Assembly: GCA_044222185.1 (NCBI GenBank)
Contig: JBGANV010000004.1
Coordinates: forward strand, 288,001-352,000
Length of the DNA stretch: 64,000 nt
DNA from: Planctomycetota bacterium
GTDB lineage: Bacteria > Planctomycetota > GCA-002687715 > CAIWVZ01
Direction: 5' to 3'
Below the pieces are notes generated by a model. That model was not told the origin of the DNA and did no database searches. It was given only the letters and a program-made list of their open reading frames with translations. This document shows, one piece after another, positions 19,596-28,731 of this stretch (the first letter of the stretch is position 1; the number at the start of each line of letters is the position of its first letter). Made by a program: the position numbers and the translations under genes.

Positions 19596-20707
19596 TGCAC
19601 GCCATCGGACTCGATCTCACCTGCCTCGAAGCGCCCGTCGAAACCGGCGTCGAACGCTACGCGCGACGGTTGGCCGAAACGCTTCCGCGCGTCGTGGACG
19701 ACCTGATCGTCACGATCATCGTCCGCGCCGGAAAACCGGCGCCGCGCGTTCAGGAACCGGCCCGCGTCATTGCCGCAGGCGGCGGATTCGGCAGGTCGTT
19801 GTGGCGCGAGATCACGCTGCCGCAGATCGTGGCGCGCGAGGGCGTGGAGCTGTTGCATGCGCCCGTCGCGGCCGTCGCCACGCTGACACCAGCGCGCAAG
19901 GTCGTCACCATTCACGACGTCCCCGGCCGCCACGGCATCGAGGGCGAGGGGGGCATCCTCTCGCGACATCGATTGCGGCTCATGCACGCATTGGCGGTTG
20001 CGGACGCGATCATCACGCCGTCGGAGGCGACGCGGGACGCGATCCTCGCCGTCGCCAGCGTGCCCGCAGATCGCATCGCCGTGATTCCCCACGGGGTGGA
20101 CCCGGACTTCCGACCCATCGGACCGTCGCTCGCTCGCGAGCGTTACGGCATCCCGCCTGGGCCCTACCTCCTCACCGTCGGCACGCTGCGCGCGCGCAAG
20201 GACCCGGCGACGGCCATCTCGGCACTGGCGCGGCTGGTGAAGGACGCTGAGCGCGATCTCCGCCTCGTCTTCGCCGGTCGCCAGGACATGGACCCGACGG
20301 AGCTGCGGACGATGGCGCACCGCCTCGGGGTCCTCGATCGCGTCGTCTTCGCCGGGTACGTCGCCCGGGAGGATCTGCCGGACCTCTACCGCGAGGCCGA
20401 GGCCTTCGTCCTTCCGTCGCTGCTCGAGGGCTTCGGCATGCCGCTCGTGGAAGCCATGGCGTCGGGTACACCGGTCGTCGCGTCGGATGCGGCGTCGATC
20501 CCCGAGGTCGTGGGAGATGGCGCGCTGCTGTTTCCCGCAGGCAACGACGATGCGCTCGCACGCAGGCTCGCTGACGTCCTCGACCAACCTGAATACCGCG
20601 CGCAGCTCGTGGCCCGCGGCCGGGCACGCGCCGAGCAGTTCACCTGGGAAGGGTGCGCGCGCCGCCATGCGGACGTGTATCGGGCAGTCCTGGGCGGAGC
20701 GCGCTGA
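19595..20707 (+). CDS. Glycosyltransferase family 4
   Basis: TGVERY, VVTIHD, PSLLEGFGMPLVEAMASG. Confidence 0.93.
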   Translation: MHAIGLDLTCLEAPVETGVERYARRLAETLPRVVDDLIVTIIVRAGKPAPRVQEPARVIAAGGGFGRSLWREITLPQIVAREGVELLHAPVAAVATLTPARKVVTIHDVPGRHGIEGEGGILSRHRLRLMHALAVADAIITPSEATRDAILAVASVPADRIAVIPHGVDPDFRPIGPSLARERYGIPPGPYLLTVGTLRARKDPATAISALARLVKDAERDLRLVFAGRQDMDPTELRTMAHRLGVLDRVVFAGYVAREDLPDLYREAEAFVLPSLLEGFGMPLVEAMASGTPVVASDAASIPEVVGDGALLFPAGNDDALARRLADVLDQPEYRAQLVARGRARAEQFTWEGCARRHADVYRAVLGGAR

Positions 20708-20799
20708 GCACGCGCGGTCCCCGCTTCCCGACGCCGCCGGTGGGGCCGCCCGCGGAATCCCATAGAACGTCACCGCGCGTTCGCGCTCGGGGCAAGGAC

Positions 20800-23694
20800 A
20801 TGAGTCGAATGAGAGTCGCCGGCTGGCTCGGGATATTTTTGTGCGCGTCGACGGTGGTGGCCTGGGCGCAGGTCCGACCCGACAGCCGCCCGCGAATCGA
20901 GGCGCCCGCGATCCGCGACTGCATCGAGCAGGAGTCCGCGACGGCCTTCGAGGTCGCGCCCGACGGCAAGCGCGCCGTCTACGTGCGGGAGACCCCCGAT
21001 GCGACGAAGGACCGCATGCGGAAGAAGGTCTGGATCGTCGATCTGGAGTCGGGCGTATCGCGCCCGCTGACCACGGGACCGAGTCAGGACGTGGACCCCA
21101 GGTGGTCACCGGACGGTCGACGTGTGGCGTTCTCGTCGGCGCGCAAGGTGGACGTCCCCGACGAGAAGCGGAGCGGGCGCAGGCCTCGGCGCGTCGCCGA
21201 CGCGGACGAGGAGCCCAAGGAGCAGGTCTTCGTTCTCGACATGACGGGTGGCGAAGCCGTCGCCGTCACGGAGTTGCCCGAGGGTGTCGCGGGGTTCCGG
21301 TGGCTCGACGCGGGGCGCCTCCTCGTGACGGGCCGGGAGAAGCTCGCGGCGCGGGAGCAGCGGCGCAAGGACGACAAGGACGACTCGGAGGCCGTCGAGG
21401 ATCTGGACGAGTTCCGTGTGGCGGCGACGCGCTTCTTCGTCGTGACGCTGGCTGACGACGGCCCGAAGACCGTTCGCCTCACGGAGAACCTCGACTCGAT
21501 CGAGACCTTCGAAGTGTCGCCCGACGGGAAGCACGCCGTCGCCCTCCACAAACAAACGCCGCTCTTCGAAGTCGACGGCCGCGTGCCTCCGAAGGTCCGC
21601 TTGTGGGACCTGGAGGCGGCCACGAGCCGCGAGATCTTCGCAGACCGGAAGTCCAAGCCCCTGGCGTTCGCCTGGGCTGCGGACGGGTCGTCCTGTCTCG
21701 CCATGGGATTGCGGCCGACGGTGGATGGCGAGGACATGGCCGGCGTGAACGTGGCGTTCCTGATCGACGTCGCGACGGGCTCGGTCCGCGACGCGGGGCT
21801 CGAATGGACTCGCGGGTTCGCGAGCCTCGCGGTCACGGCGTCGGCGCGCGACGGATTCGTCGCGGGGCTGGCGGACGGAGTACGGCCTCGATTCGGGTGG
21901 CTTCATGCGTCGCCGGGTTCGGCGGCCGGATGGCGGGTCGAGCCGTTTCTCGGGGACGGCGCCGAGAGGATCCGCGAAGTCGTCGGCCGTGCGGGCTCCG
22001 ACCGCGTCGTCTATCGCTCGTCCACGGCGGACGCGCCATCCCAGTGGTTCTCGGCGGTGCGATCGGGCGCCACGTTGGCAGCGGTGCATCGCCTCGACGT
22101 CTGCAAGGTTCCCTTCGACGGCAAGCGACTCGCTCGGGTCGAGGTCGTCGGGTTCAAGGGCGCGGGCGATGAGCCGGTGCAGGCGCTCCTCTATTTCCCC
22201 CACGAGCACGAGAGCCGCGCGAAGCACCCGCTCGTGCTGCTGACCCATGGCGGGCCGTTCGCCGCGGACTACGATGAGTTTTCCGACGGTTGGTCCTACG
22301 CCCCCAACCTCTACGCGGCGCGCGGGGCCTACGTCCTCAGCGTCAACTACCACGGAAGCTCGGACTACGGTGCCGCGTTCGGCGAGTCCATTCGTCACCG
22401 CTACTTCGAGCTCGAGCTTCTGGACCTCTGTCGCGGCATCGAGTTCGTCGCTGCGCGCGAACCGGTGGATCTGGATCGACTCGGACTCTGCGGCTGGTCG
22501 AACGGTGCGATCCTCTCCATCGCGATGCTGGCGTTGCGCGACGAATTCGCGCCCGGCTTCCCGTTCACGTTCCGGGCCTGCGTCGCGGGCGCGGGGGACG
22601 TGAACTGGACGAGCGATTACGGCGTGTGCGAGTTCGGCCCGGCCTTCGACGACTACTATCTCGGAGGTCCGCCCTGGTCCGCCGCCGAGACGTACCTGAA
22701 GAAGTCCGCGCTGTTTCGCGCGGAGCGCGTCACCACGCCCACGCTCGTCATGATCGGAGCGAGGGATCGGGCCGTGCCGACGAACCAGGGATGGGAGTGG
22801 TATCGGGCCCTTCAACACCTGGGAAAGGCGCCCGTGCGCTTCATCCAGTTCCCCGCCGAGAAGCACAGCCTGACGTCGCTCGCTCGCCGGCGCCGCAAAC
22901 TCGAAGAGGAGATGGCGTTCGTCGACAAGCACCTCTTCCGCGTACCCGACGCCGATCCCTCGTTCGACGGCTCGCGCATCTGGGAGGCGGCACGGACGCC
23001 AGCCCGCGACGGCGCCGCATTCGGCGTGAGGGTCGACGCAGCGGCGGCGCCGGGGCAGAAGCCGGTGACGGTGCTGATCCCCGAGGTGGTGTACGTCGGA
23101 GGTCTCTCGCTCGGCAGATTCGAGGTCACGCGCGGGCAGTGGAAGGCGTTTCGTCCCGAACTCGACTTTGCGGACGCCACGGCGAACTACCCGATCAGCG
23201 GCGTTTCCTTCGAGGACGCGCAGGCGTACTGCGCGTGGCTCGGCCGCGTGACGGGGCGGCGATTCCGGCTTCCGCGAACGGATGAACTCGACCGGCTCGC
23301 GGACGATCTTCCCGACTCGGAGAACACGCTCGATTGGTGGGCCGGATTCGTCGCATCGCCCCACGACCTCGACGGCATCCGAGCTCGAACGTCCGAAGTG
23401 CCGTGGGAGGCGCAAGCGCCTGGCGTTCCTCCGCTGCTCCTGCCGGTCGGATCGCGTCCCGCGGCGGCGATCGGCGAGCCCGGACGGCGTCAGCCGGTGA
23501 GCGATCTGGGCGGCAACGTCGCCGAATGGGCCGTGGACGACGGTTCCGACCTCGCGACGCGACCCACGCTCGAACCCAAGGCGAAAGCCTGGGGCGGGTG
23601 TGCGTGGTTCGGCACCGACCCCCTGGCCGGCGACCGCACGCCGCCCCCCGTCTACACCGGTTTTCGCGTCGTCGAGGAGCGGGCGGGAAGGTGA
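20800..23694 (+). CDS. S9 prolyl oligopeptidase with C-terminal FGE-sulfatase (SUMF1)-like domain
   Basis: Signal peptide, PD40/WSPDG propeller, HGGP, GWSNG, DRAVP, EKHSL; then FEVT..QW, YP..GVS..DA.AYC.WL, RLP, GNVAEW, GFRVV. Confidence 0.85.
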   Translation: MSRMRVAGWLGIFLCASTVVAWAQVRPDSRPRIEAPAIRDCIEQESATAFEVAPDGKRAVYVRETPDATKDRMRKKVWIVDLESGVSRPLTTGPSQDVDPRWSPDGRRVAFSSARKVDVPDEKRSGRRPRRVADADEEPKEQVFVLDMTGGEAVAVTELPEGVAGFRWLDAGRLLVTGREKLAAREQRRKDDKDDSEAVEDLDEFRVAATRFFVVTLADDGPKTVRLTENLDSIETFEVSPDGKHAVALHKQTPLFEVDGRVPPKVRLWDLEAATSREIFADRKSKPLAFAWAADGSSCLAMGLRPTVDGEDMAGVNVAFLIDVATGSVRDAGLEWTRGFASLAVTASARDGFVAGLADGVRPRFGWLHASPGSAAGWRVEPFLGDGAERIREVVGRAGSDRVVYRSSTADAPSQWFSAVRSGATLAAVHRLDVCKVPFDGKRLARVEVVGFKGAGDEPVQALLYFPHEHESRAKHPLVLLTHGGPFAADYDEFSDGWSYAPNLYAARGAYVLSVNYHGSSDYGAAFGESIRHRYFELELLDLCRGIEFVAAREPVDLDRLGLCGWSNGAILSIAMLALRDEFAPGFPFTFRACVAGAGDVNWTSDYGVCEFGPAFDDYYLGGPPWSAAETYLKKSALFRAERVTTPTLVMIGARDRAVPTNQGWEWYRALQHLGKAPVRFIQFPAEKHSLTSLARRRRKLEEEMAFVDKHLFRVPDADPSFDGSRIWEAARTPARDGAAFGVRVDAAAAPGQKPVTVLIPEVVYVGGLSLGRFEVTRGQWKAFRPELDFADATANYPISGVSFEDAQAYCAWLGRVTGRRFRLPRTDELDRLADDLPDSENTLDWWAGFVASPHDLDGIRARTSEVPWEAQAPGVPPLLLPVGSRPAAAIGEPGRRQPVSDLGGNVAEWAVDDGSDLATRPTLEPKAKAWGGCAWFGTDPLAGDRTPPPVYTGFRVVEERAGR

Positions 23695-25217
23695 ATCACC
23701 GGCGATTCAATCCTTGGATCGTCGGTGCCATCGCGATCGTGCTCGGCGTCGGCCGCTATCTGGCGGTGATCGACGAGCCGTGGGATCGGTCGCTCGGGTC
23801 GGTGAACGGCGCCGTCTACTTCTCCCGCTTCGAGCAGAGCTACGAGCGGCTCGGCTTCGGCGCGCTGGGAGGGGCGCCGTACTTCTACGTCCTCCCACTG
23901 AACGGACCGACGCAGGGCACGATCTACTGGCATCACCCGCCGCTCATTCCGTGGGCGCTTCGCGCGGCGGTCGCGCTCGGCGGGTACTCGGAGAGAACGT
24001 TTCGATGTCTCCCGATTCTGCTCTCGACGCTGACAGGTTTTCTCCTGGCCCTCGTCGCGGGGAAGGCGCGGGGGACGTGGGCGGGTGTCAGCGTGGCCGC
24101 ACTCTTCGCCGCGCTCCCCATGAGCTGGATCACGGGGTGGCAGGTCGGCTACGAGCCGGTGACGCTCGGCTTCATGACGTTGGCGGTCTGGCTGCATCTG
24201 CGACTGCGCGTCGCATCGCTGCGGAAGTACTCGCTCGTGTGCATGGCACTCGCGTGTGCCGTCTGGACGGATTGGATCGGTGCGGCGGTGGTGCCGGGGT
24301 TGCTCGTCACCGAGATCCTCCGCGCGAACGGCGAGCGCCGGGTGTGGCGCACTTGTCTGCTCGGTGCCGTCGCCGCAGTCTGCGTGCTCGTCATCGTCGG
24401 CGTCTTCGGTGCCTGGCAGGGACTTTCGCTTCGTGAAGCGATCGAGGCCGTCGCGGGGCTCGGGCGCGTGACGACGACGGGGTCGACGAAGCCGGCGCTG
24501 GGAACGTGGATCGATGCCCAACTGGGATTCTGGGCCCGACTCTACGGCATCCCGGTGGCCGCGGCCTCGCTCTTGGTGTGTGCGCGATTCTGGCGTGCCG
24601 CGCGGCGAGGCGATGAGATGGCGGCGTGCGCGTGGGCCTTGGTGATTCCCGCCGTCGCGAACGTCGTCGCGTTTCCGGGCCACTCGGTGGATCACGAGTT
24701 CTGGTGGGCCTATGCCGTGCCGTGGGCCGTCCTCGCGTCGGTCGAATGCGCGCGCCTTCTTCCCGGGCGGGCGAGGGTTCTGGCGATCGGTGCCCTCGCG
24801 ATCGTGCTGGCGAGTTCGTCGGCGGGCGAGTGGCGTCGCGTGCGTGATGACGAATGCCGCGCGCTCGGCGCGGACTTCGATCGCGTCGCCGCGCCGACGG
24901 ACGGACTGATCTATCCCGGCGCGTTCTCCGCGAGCGGCTTCTACGTGCACGCCTGGTACTTCGACTACGGCGCGCTCGGCGGCGTCGAGGCGTTCGAAGA
25001 GTTGGCGCGGTTGCGCCGCGCGAGCGGGCTGCGCGTGCCGCGTGTCGTCGCGGTGGGGCCCGAGGGGCCTGGCTCGCCATTCCTCCCCGAGAACCTCGCG
25101 CGGCTCGAGGCGATCGGACACGTGCGCCGGCTCGAACCCGCGGACGCCGCGCGCGAGTTGCCTGCACTGGCGCGCGCGCACGTGGGCAAGGTGATCTGGA
25201 TCGTCACGATCGGGTGA
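23691..25217 (+). CDS. GT-C fold membrane glycosyltransferase (ArnT/PMT-like)
   Basis: Y.HHPPL, G.SE..FR motifs and many TM helices; GTGA overlap. Confidence 0.7.
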   Translation: MNHRRFNPWIVGAIAIVLGVGRYLAVIDEPWDRSLGSVNGAVYFSRFEQSYERLGFGALGGAPYFYVLPLNGPTQGTIYWHHPPLIPWALRAAVALGGYSERTFRCLPILLSTLTGFLLALVAGKARGTWAGVSVAALFAALPMSWITGWQVGYEPVTLGFMTLAVWLHLRLRVASLRKYSLVCMALACAVWTDWIGAAVVPGLLVTEILRANGERRVWRTCLLGAVAAVCVLVIVGVFGAWQGLSLREAIEAVAGLGRVTTTGSTKPALGTWIDAQLGFWARLYGIPVAAASLLVCARFWRAARRGDEMAACAWALVIPAVANVVAFPGHSVDHEFWWAYAVPWAVLASVECARLLPGRARVLAIGALAIVLASSSAGEWRRVRDDECRALGADFDRVAAPTDGLIYPGAFSASGFYVHAWYFDYGALGGVEAFEELARLRRASGLRVPRVVAVGPEGPGSPFLPENLARLEAIGHVRRLEPADAARELPALARAHVGKVIWIVTIG

Positions 25218-25346
25218 GCGGCGCGGAGCTCGAGGGGAGCGGACGCTCGCACAGAAAAAGTGCTGGCGTTGCAGTTGTTCGAACCCGGGCTCCATTTTTT
25301 GACGGACGACCGATAGGATCCGAGCGTCTCTCCAGGTGACCGCTCC

Positions 25347-25913
25347 ATGATCAACATCGACGCAACGAGCCGACGGTGGACGAGTGACGAGGTCCAGTCA
25401 CTCCCGTCCGATGGTCATCGCTACGAGGTCATCGGCGGGGAGTTGTGCGTGTCGCCGTCGCCGGGGTTCGAGCATCAGTGGTGCCTTCACCAACTCGCCG
25501 TCGAGATCGAGCTCCATCTGCGTCGGACCGAACACGGAATCTGCGTTGCGGCGCCGCTCGGGGTGTTCCTTTCCGGCGATACGTATGTGGAGCCGGACCT
25601 CGTCGTCGTGCGCCGTGAGCGGATGGCCATCCTTTCGCCGCGCGGTCTGACGGCTGCCCCGGATCTCGTGGTGGAGGCGATTTCCCCTCGCACCAAGGCC
25701 TGGGACCTGGGCGCCAAGCAGCGTCTTTACGAGGCGTGTGGCGTTCGCGAGTCCTGGGTGCTGGATCCCATCGAACGTCGCGTCGTCGTGCGCGTCCGCG
25801 CCGCGGCCGGGTTGACGGTGGCGGCGGATCGCGGGGACGGCGTCGTCGAGTCACCGGTCGTGCTTCCCGGCTTCACGGTCGGCATCGAACGGTTGTTCTG
25901 GAACTGGACATGA
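25347..25913 (+). CDS. Uma2 (DUF820) family endonuclease, copy 1
   Basis: RYEVIGGEL..SPSP..HQ, VEPDL, PDLVVEAISP, D...K..LY...GV.E.W..DP. Confidence 0.9.
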   Translation: MINIDATSRRWTSDEVQSLPSDGHRYEVIGGELCVSPSPGFEHQWCLHQLAVEIELHLRRTEHGICVAAPLGVFLSGDTYVEPDLVVVRRERMAILSPRGLTAAPDLVVEAISPRTKAWDLGAKQRLYEACGVRESWVLDPIERRVVVRVRAAAGLTVAADRGDGVVESPVVLPGFTVGIERLFWNWT

Positions 25914-26154
25914 TGAGGTCGGGATCCAGAACGGCCGGTGAGCACACGACGGTGGAGGGATCGTTCTTGGAAATCGTCCGGACGAGCGCACGCTTCGAAG
26001 CGTCACTCCCAGTGGCCGCCTCATGATCCCGGCGCACGCGAAGTCTCGACGGTGGACGAGTGACGAGGTCGTGTCACTCCCGTCCGATGGCCATCGCTAC
26101 GAGGTCATCGGCGGGGAGTTGTGCGTGTCGCCGTCGCCGGGATTCGAGCACCAG
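25763..26154. repeat. ~392-bp direct repeat unit 1 (Uma2 3' end + spacer + next Uma2 5' end)
   Basis: About 14 mismatches by eye against 26439-26830. Confidence 0.9.
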
Positions 26155-26589
26155 TACGTCGTGCAGCGGCTCCTGGTCGCGCTGTCCGGCTTCCTCGAAC
26201 GCGAGGGTCGCGGCGTATGTGTTCCAGCACCGCTGGGGGTGTTCCTCTCGCCTGAGACCTACGTCGAACCGGATCTCGTGGTCGTGCTTCGCGAGCGTCG
26301 GCACATCGTCGCGCCGAAGGGGCTGATCGGCGCTCCCGACCTGGTGGTCGAGGTGACGTCGCCCGGCACCCGACGTGTCGACCTCGGCCAGAAGCTCCGG
26401 TTGTATGCGAGCGCGGGAGTCCGTGAGTACTGGATCGTGGATCCCATCGAACGTCGCGTCGTCGTGCGCGTCCCCACGGCGGCCGGGTTGACGGTGGCGG
26501 CGGATCGCGGGGACGGCGTCGTCGAGTCACCGGTCGTGCTTCCCGGCTTCACGGTCGGCGTCGAACGGTTGTTCTGGAGCTGGACGTGA
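26023..26589 (+). CDS. Uma2 (DUF820) family endonuclease, copy 2
   Basis: Same motifs as copy 1; 188 aa; offset by 676 bp. Confidence 0.92.
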   Translation: MIPAHAKSRRWTSDEVVSLPSDGHRYEVIGGELCVSPSPGFEHQYVVQRLLVALSGFLEREGRGVCVPAPLGVFLSPETYVEPDLVVVLRERRHIVAPKGLIGAPDLVVEVTSPGTRRVDLGQKLRLYASAGVREYWIVDPIERRVVVRVPTAAGLTVAADRGDGVVESPVVLPGFTVGVERLFWSWT

Positions 26590-26830
26590 CGAGGTCGGGA
26601 TCCAGAACGGGCGGCGACCGCACGACGGTGGAGGGATCGTTCTTGGAAATCGTCCGGACGAGCGCCCGCTTCGAAGCGTCACTCCCAGTGGCTGCCTCAT
26701 GATCCCGGCGCACGCGAAGTCTCGACGGTGGACGAGTGACGAGGTCGTGTCACTCCCGTCCGATGGCCATCGCTACGAGGTCATCGGCGGGGAGTTGTGC
26801 GTGTCGCCGTCGCCGGGATTCGAGCATCAG
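26439..26830. repeat. ~392-bp direct repeat unit 2
   Basis: Near-identical to 25763-26154. Confidence 0.9.
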
Positions 26831-27265
26831 GGTGTGGTCGTGAACCTCGCGCACGAGTTCATGCGCTTCCTGAAGCGGACGGGCGCCGGGATCTGCCGTG
26901 TTGCCCCCACTGGCGTCTTCATCACGAGCGACACCTACGTCGAGCCCGACATCCTCATCTTGCGAACCGAGCGGGCGCACGTGGCCACGCCGCGGGGACT
27001 CGTGGGGCCGCCGGATCTCGTCGTCGAGGTGCTGTCCGCGAGCACGGTGAACGTCGACCAGGGGCGGAAGCTGCGTCTGTACGACGCGATCGGGGTCGAC
27101 GAGTACTGGCTGGTGGATTCGGCGCAGCGGCGTGTGCGGATCCTGGCGCGTTCGGACGGGAGGCTCGGGCTGGTCACCGACGCGTCTTCGGGGAGTGTCG
27201 AATCGCCCACGGTGCTTCCGGGATTCCGGGCGACCCTCGACGACGTCTATTGGCGGATCCTCTGA
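26699..27265 (+). CDS. Uma2 (DUF820) family endonuclease, copy 3
   Basis: First 44 aa identical to copy 2; VEPDI, PDLVVEVLS, EYWLVD. Confidence 0.92.
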   Translation: MIPAHAKSRRWTSDEVVSLPSDGHRYEVIGGELCVSPSPGFEHQGVVVNLAHEFMRFLKRTGAGICRVAPTGVFITSDTYVEPDILILRTERAHVATPRGLVGPPDLVVEVLSASTVNVDQGRKLRLYDAIGVDEYWLVDSAQRRVRILARSDGRLGLVTDASSGSVESPTVLPGFRATLDDVYWRIL

Positions 27266-27277
27266 TCCGCCCGGGTC

Positions 27278-28729
27278 TCACGCGATCAACGATTGAACGA
27301 CCTCTCCGTGTACGTCCGTCAGGCGGAAATCCCGCCCCTGGAATCGGAACGTGAGCCGCTTGTGGTCGAGCCCGAGCAGGTGGAGGACCGTCGCCTGCAC
27401 GTCGTGCACGTGAACTGGATCGCGGACGACGTCCCACCCGAGTTCGTCCGTCTCGCCGAGGGTGAAGCCGCGCTTCGTTCCACCGCCAGCGAACCACATG
27501 GTGAAGGCGCGCGGATGATGATCGCGACCGAGGTACGTCGATCCGTTGCGGGCCTCGTTCATGGGCGTGCGCCCGAACTCTCCGCCCCAGATCACGAGCG
27601 TGGAGTCCAGAAGTCCGCGTTGCTTGAGGTCGTTCACGAGCGCGGCGCACGCCTGGTCGGTTTCGAGACAGCGCTTGGGAAGCGAGTGTTCGAGATCGTC
27701 GCTCGGCCCCGTACCGTGGCTGTCCCAGCCGCGGTGATAGAGGTGCACGAACCGGACGCCGCGCTCGACCATCCGGCGCGCGAGGAGGCAGTTGGTGGCG
27801 AACGACGGCTGCCCCGGTGTGACGCCGTAGGCGGCGAGGGTTTGCGGCGACTCGGCGGATAGATCCGTCAGTTCCGGAACGCTCGACTGCATGCGGTGCG
27901 CCAGTTCGAAGGCCTGGACGCGCGCCGCGATCTCCGGGTCGCCGACCGACCGCGCGCGCTCGTCGTTGAGGTCGCGGAGGGCATCGAGCGAGCGTCGTCG
28001 CGTGTCGTCGGACATCCCGTCGGGATTGCGTACGAAGAGGACCGCATCCCGCGCCGCACGCAGCTGGACGCCCTGGAAGACGCTCGGAAGGAAGCCGTTG
28101 CCCCAGCATGCATATCCGCCGCTGGGTTGACCGCCGCCGGACAAGAGCACCGTGAACCCCGGTAGATCGCGGCACTCCGAACCGAGTCCGAACGTCACCC
28201 ACGATCCCATGCTGGGGCGCCCGATCCGGGCCAGCCCCGTGTTGATGAACAGCTCGGCCGGCGCGTGGTTGAAGGCGTCCGTTCGAACCGACTTCACGAT
28301 GGTGATGTCATCGACGATCGATGCGATGTGCGGCAGGAGCTGCGAGACCTCTGCGCCGCAGCGCCCGTGGGGGGCGAACTTGAAGGGCGAGCCCAGGATC
28401 CGAGGCTTGCCCTTGATGAACGCGAAGCGCTCGGTCTTGACCAGCTCCGACGGAATGGGCTGGCCGTGCAGTTCGTTGAGCTTGGGTTTGTGATCGAAGA
28501 GGTCGAGTTGAGACGGCGCGCCGTTCATGAACAGGTAGATCACGCTCTTCGCCCGAGGCGCGAAGTGCGGCGGGCGCGGCGCCAGGGGGTCGTCGTCCGT
28601 CGATGCGATCGTGGGCGCGAAGGTCTGGCCCAGGCGGTTGCCGAGCGCGATGGCTCCCAGACCGACTCCGCATCGCAGGAGGAACTCCCTGCGCGTCGGC
28701 GGGAAGCCGTCGTCTGATGGCGTTGCCAT
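27278..28729 (-). CDS. DUF1501 domain protein (Tat-exported)
   Basis: TRREFL Tat motif, [46 protein letters not shown]. Confidence 0.93.
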   Translation of the reverse strand: MATPSDDGFPPTRREFLLRCGVGLGAIALGNRLGQTFAPTIASTDDDPLAPRPPHFAPRAKSVIYLFMNGAPSQLDLFDHKPKLNELHGQPIPSELVKTERFAFIKGKPRILGSPFKFAPHGRCGAEVSQLLPHIASIVDDITIVKSVRTDAFNHAPAELFINTGLARIGRPSMGSWVTFGLGSECRDLPGFTVLLSGGGQPSGGYACWGNGFLPSVFQGVQLRAARDAVLFVRNPDGMSDDTRRRSLDALRDLNDERARSVGDPEIAARVQAFELAHRMQSSVPELTDLSAESPQTLAAYGVTPGQPSFATNCLLARRMVERGVRFVHLYHRGWDSHGTGPSDDLEHSLPKRCLETDQACAALVNDLKQRGLLDSTLVIWGGEFGRTPMNEARNGSTYLGRDHHPRAFTMWFAGGGTKRGFTLGETDELGWDVVRDPVHVHDVQATVLHLLGLDHKRLTFRFQGRDFRLTDVHGEVVQSLIA

Positions 28730-28731
28730 GG

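Noticed and set aside
20653-23694. FGE-sulfatase domain as a DGR target
   Set aside because: No template repeat or reverse transcriptase seen in the window.
25763-26830. Uma2 repeats as a CRISPR array, DGR or integron
   Set aside because: Repeats are ~392 bp and protein-coding; no cas, reverse transcriptase or integrase in the window; differences are not adenine-specific.
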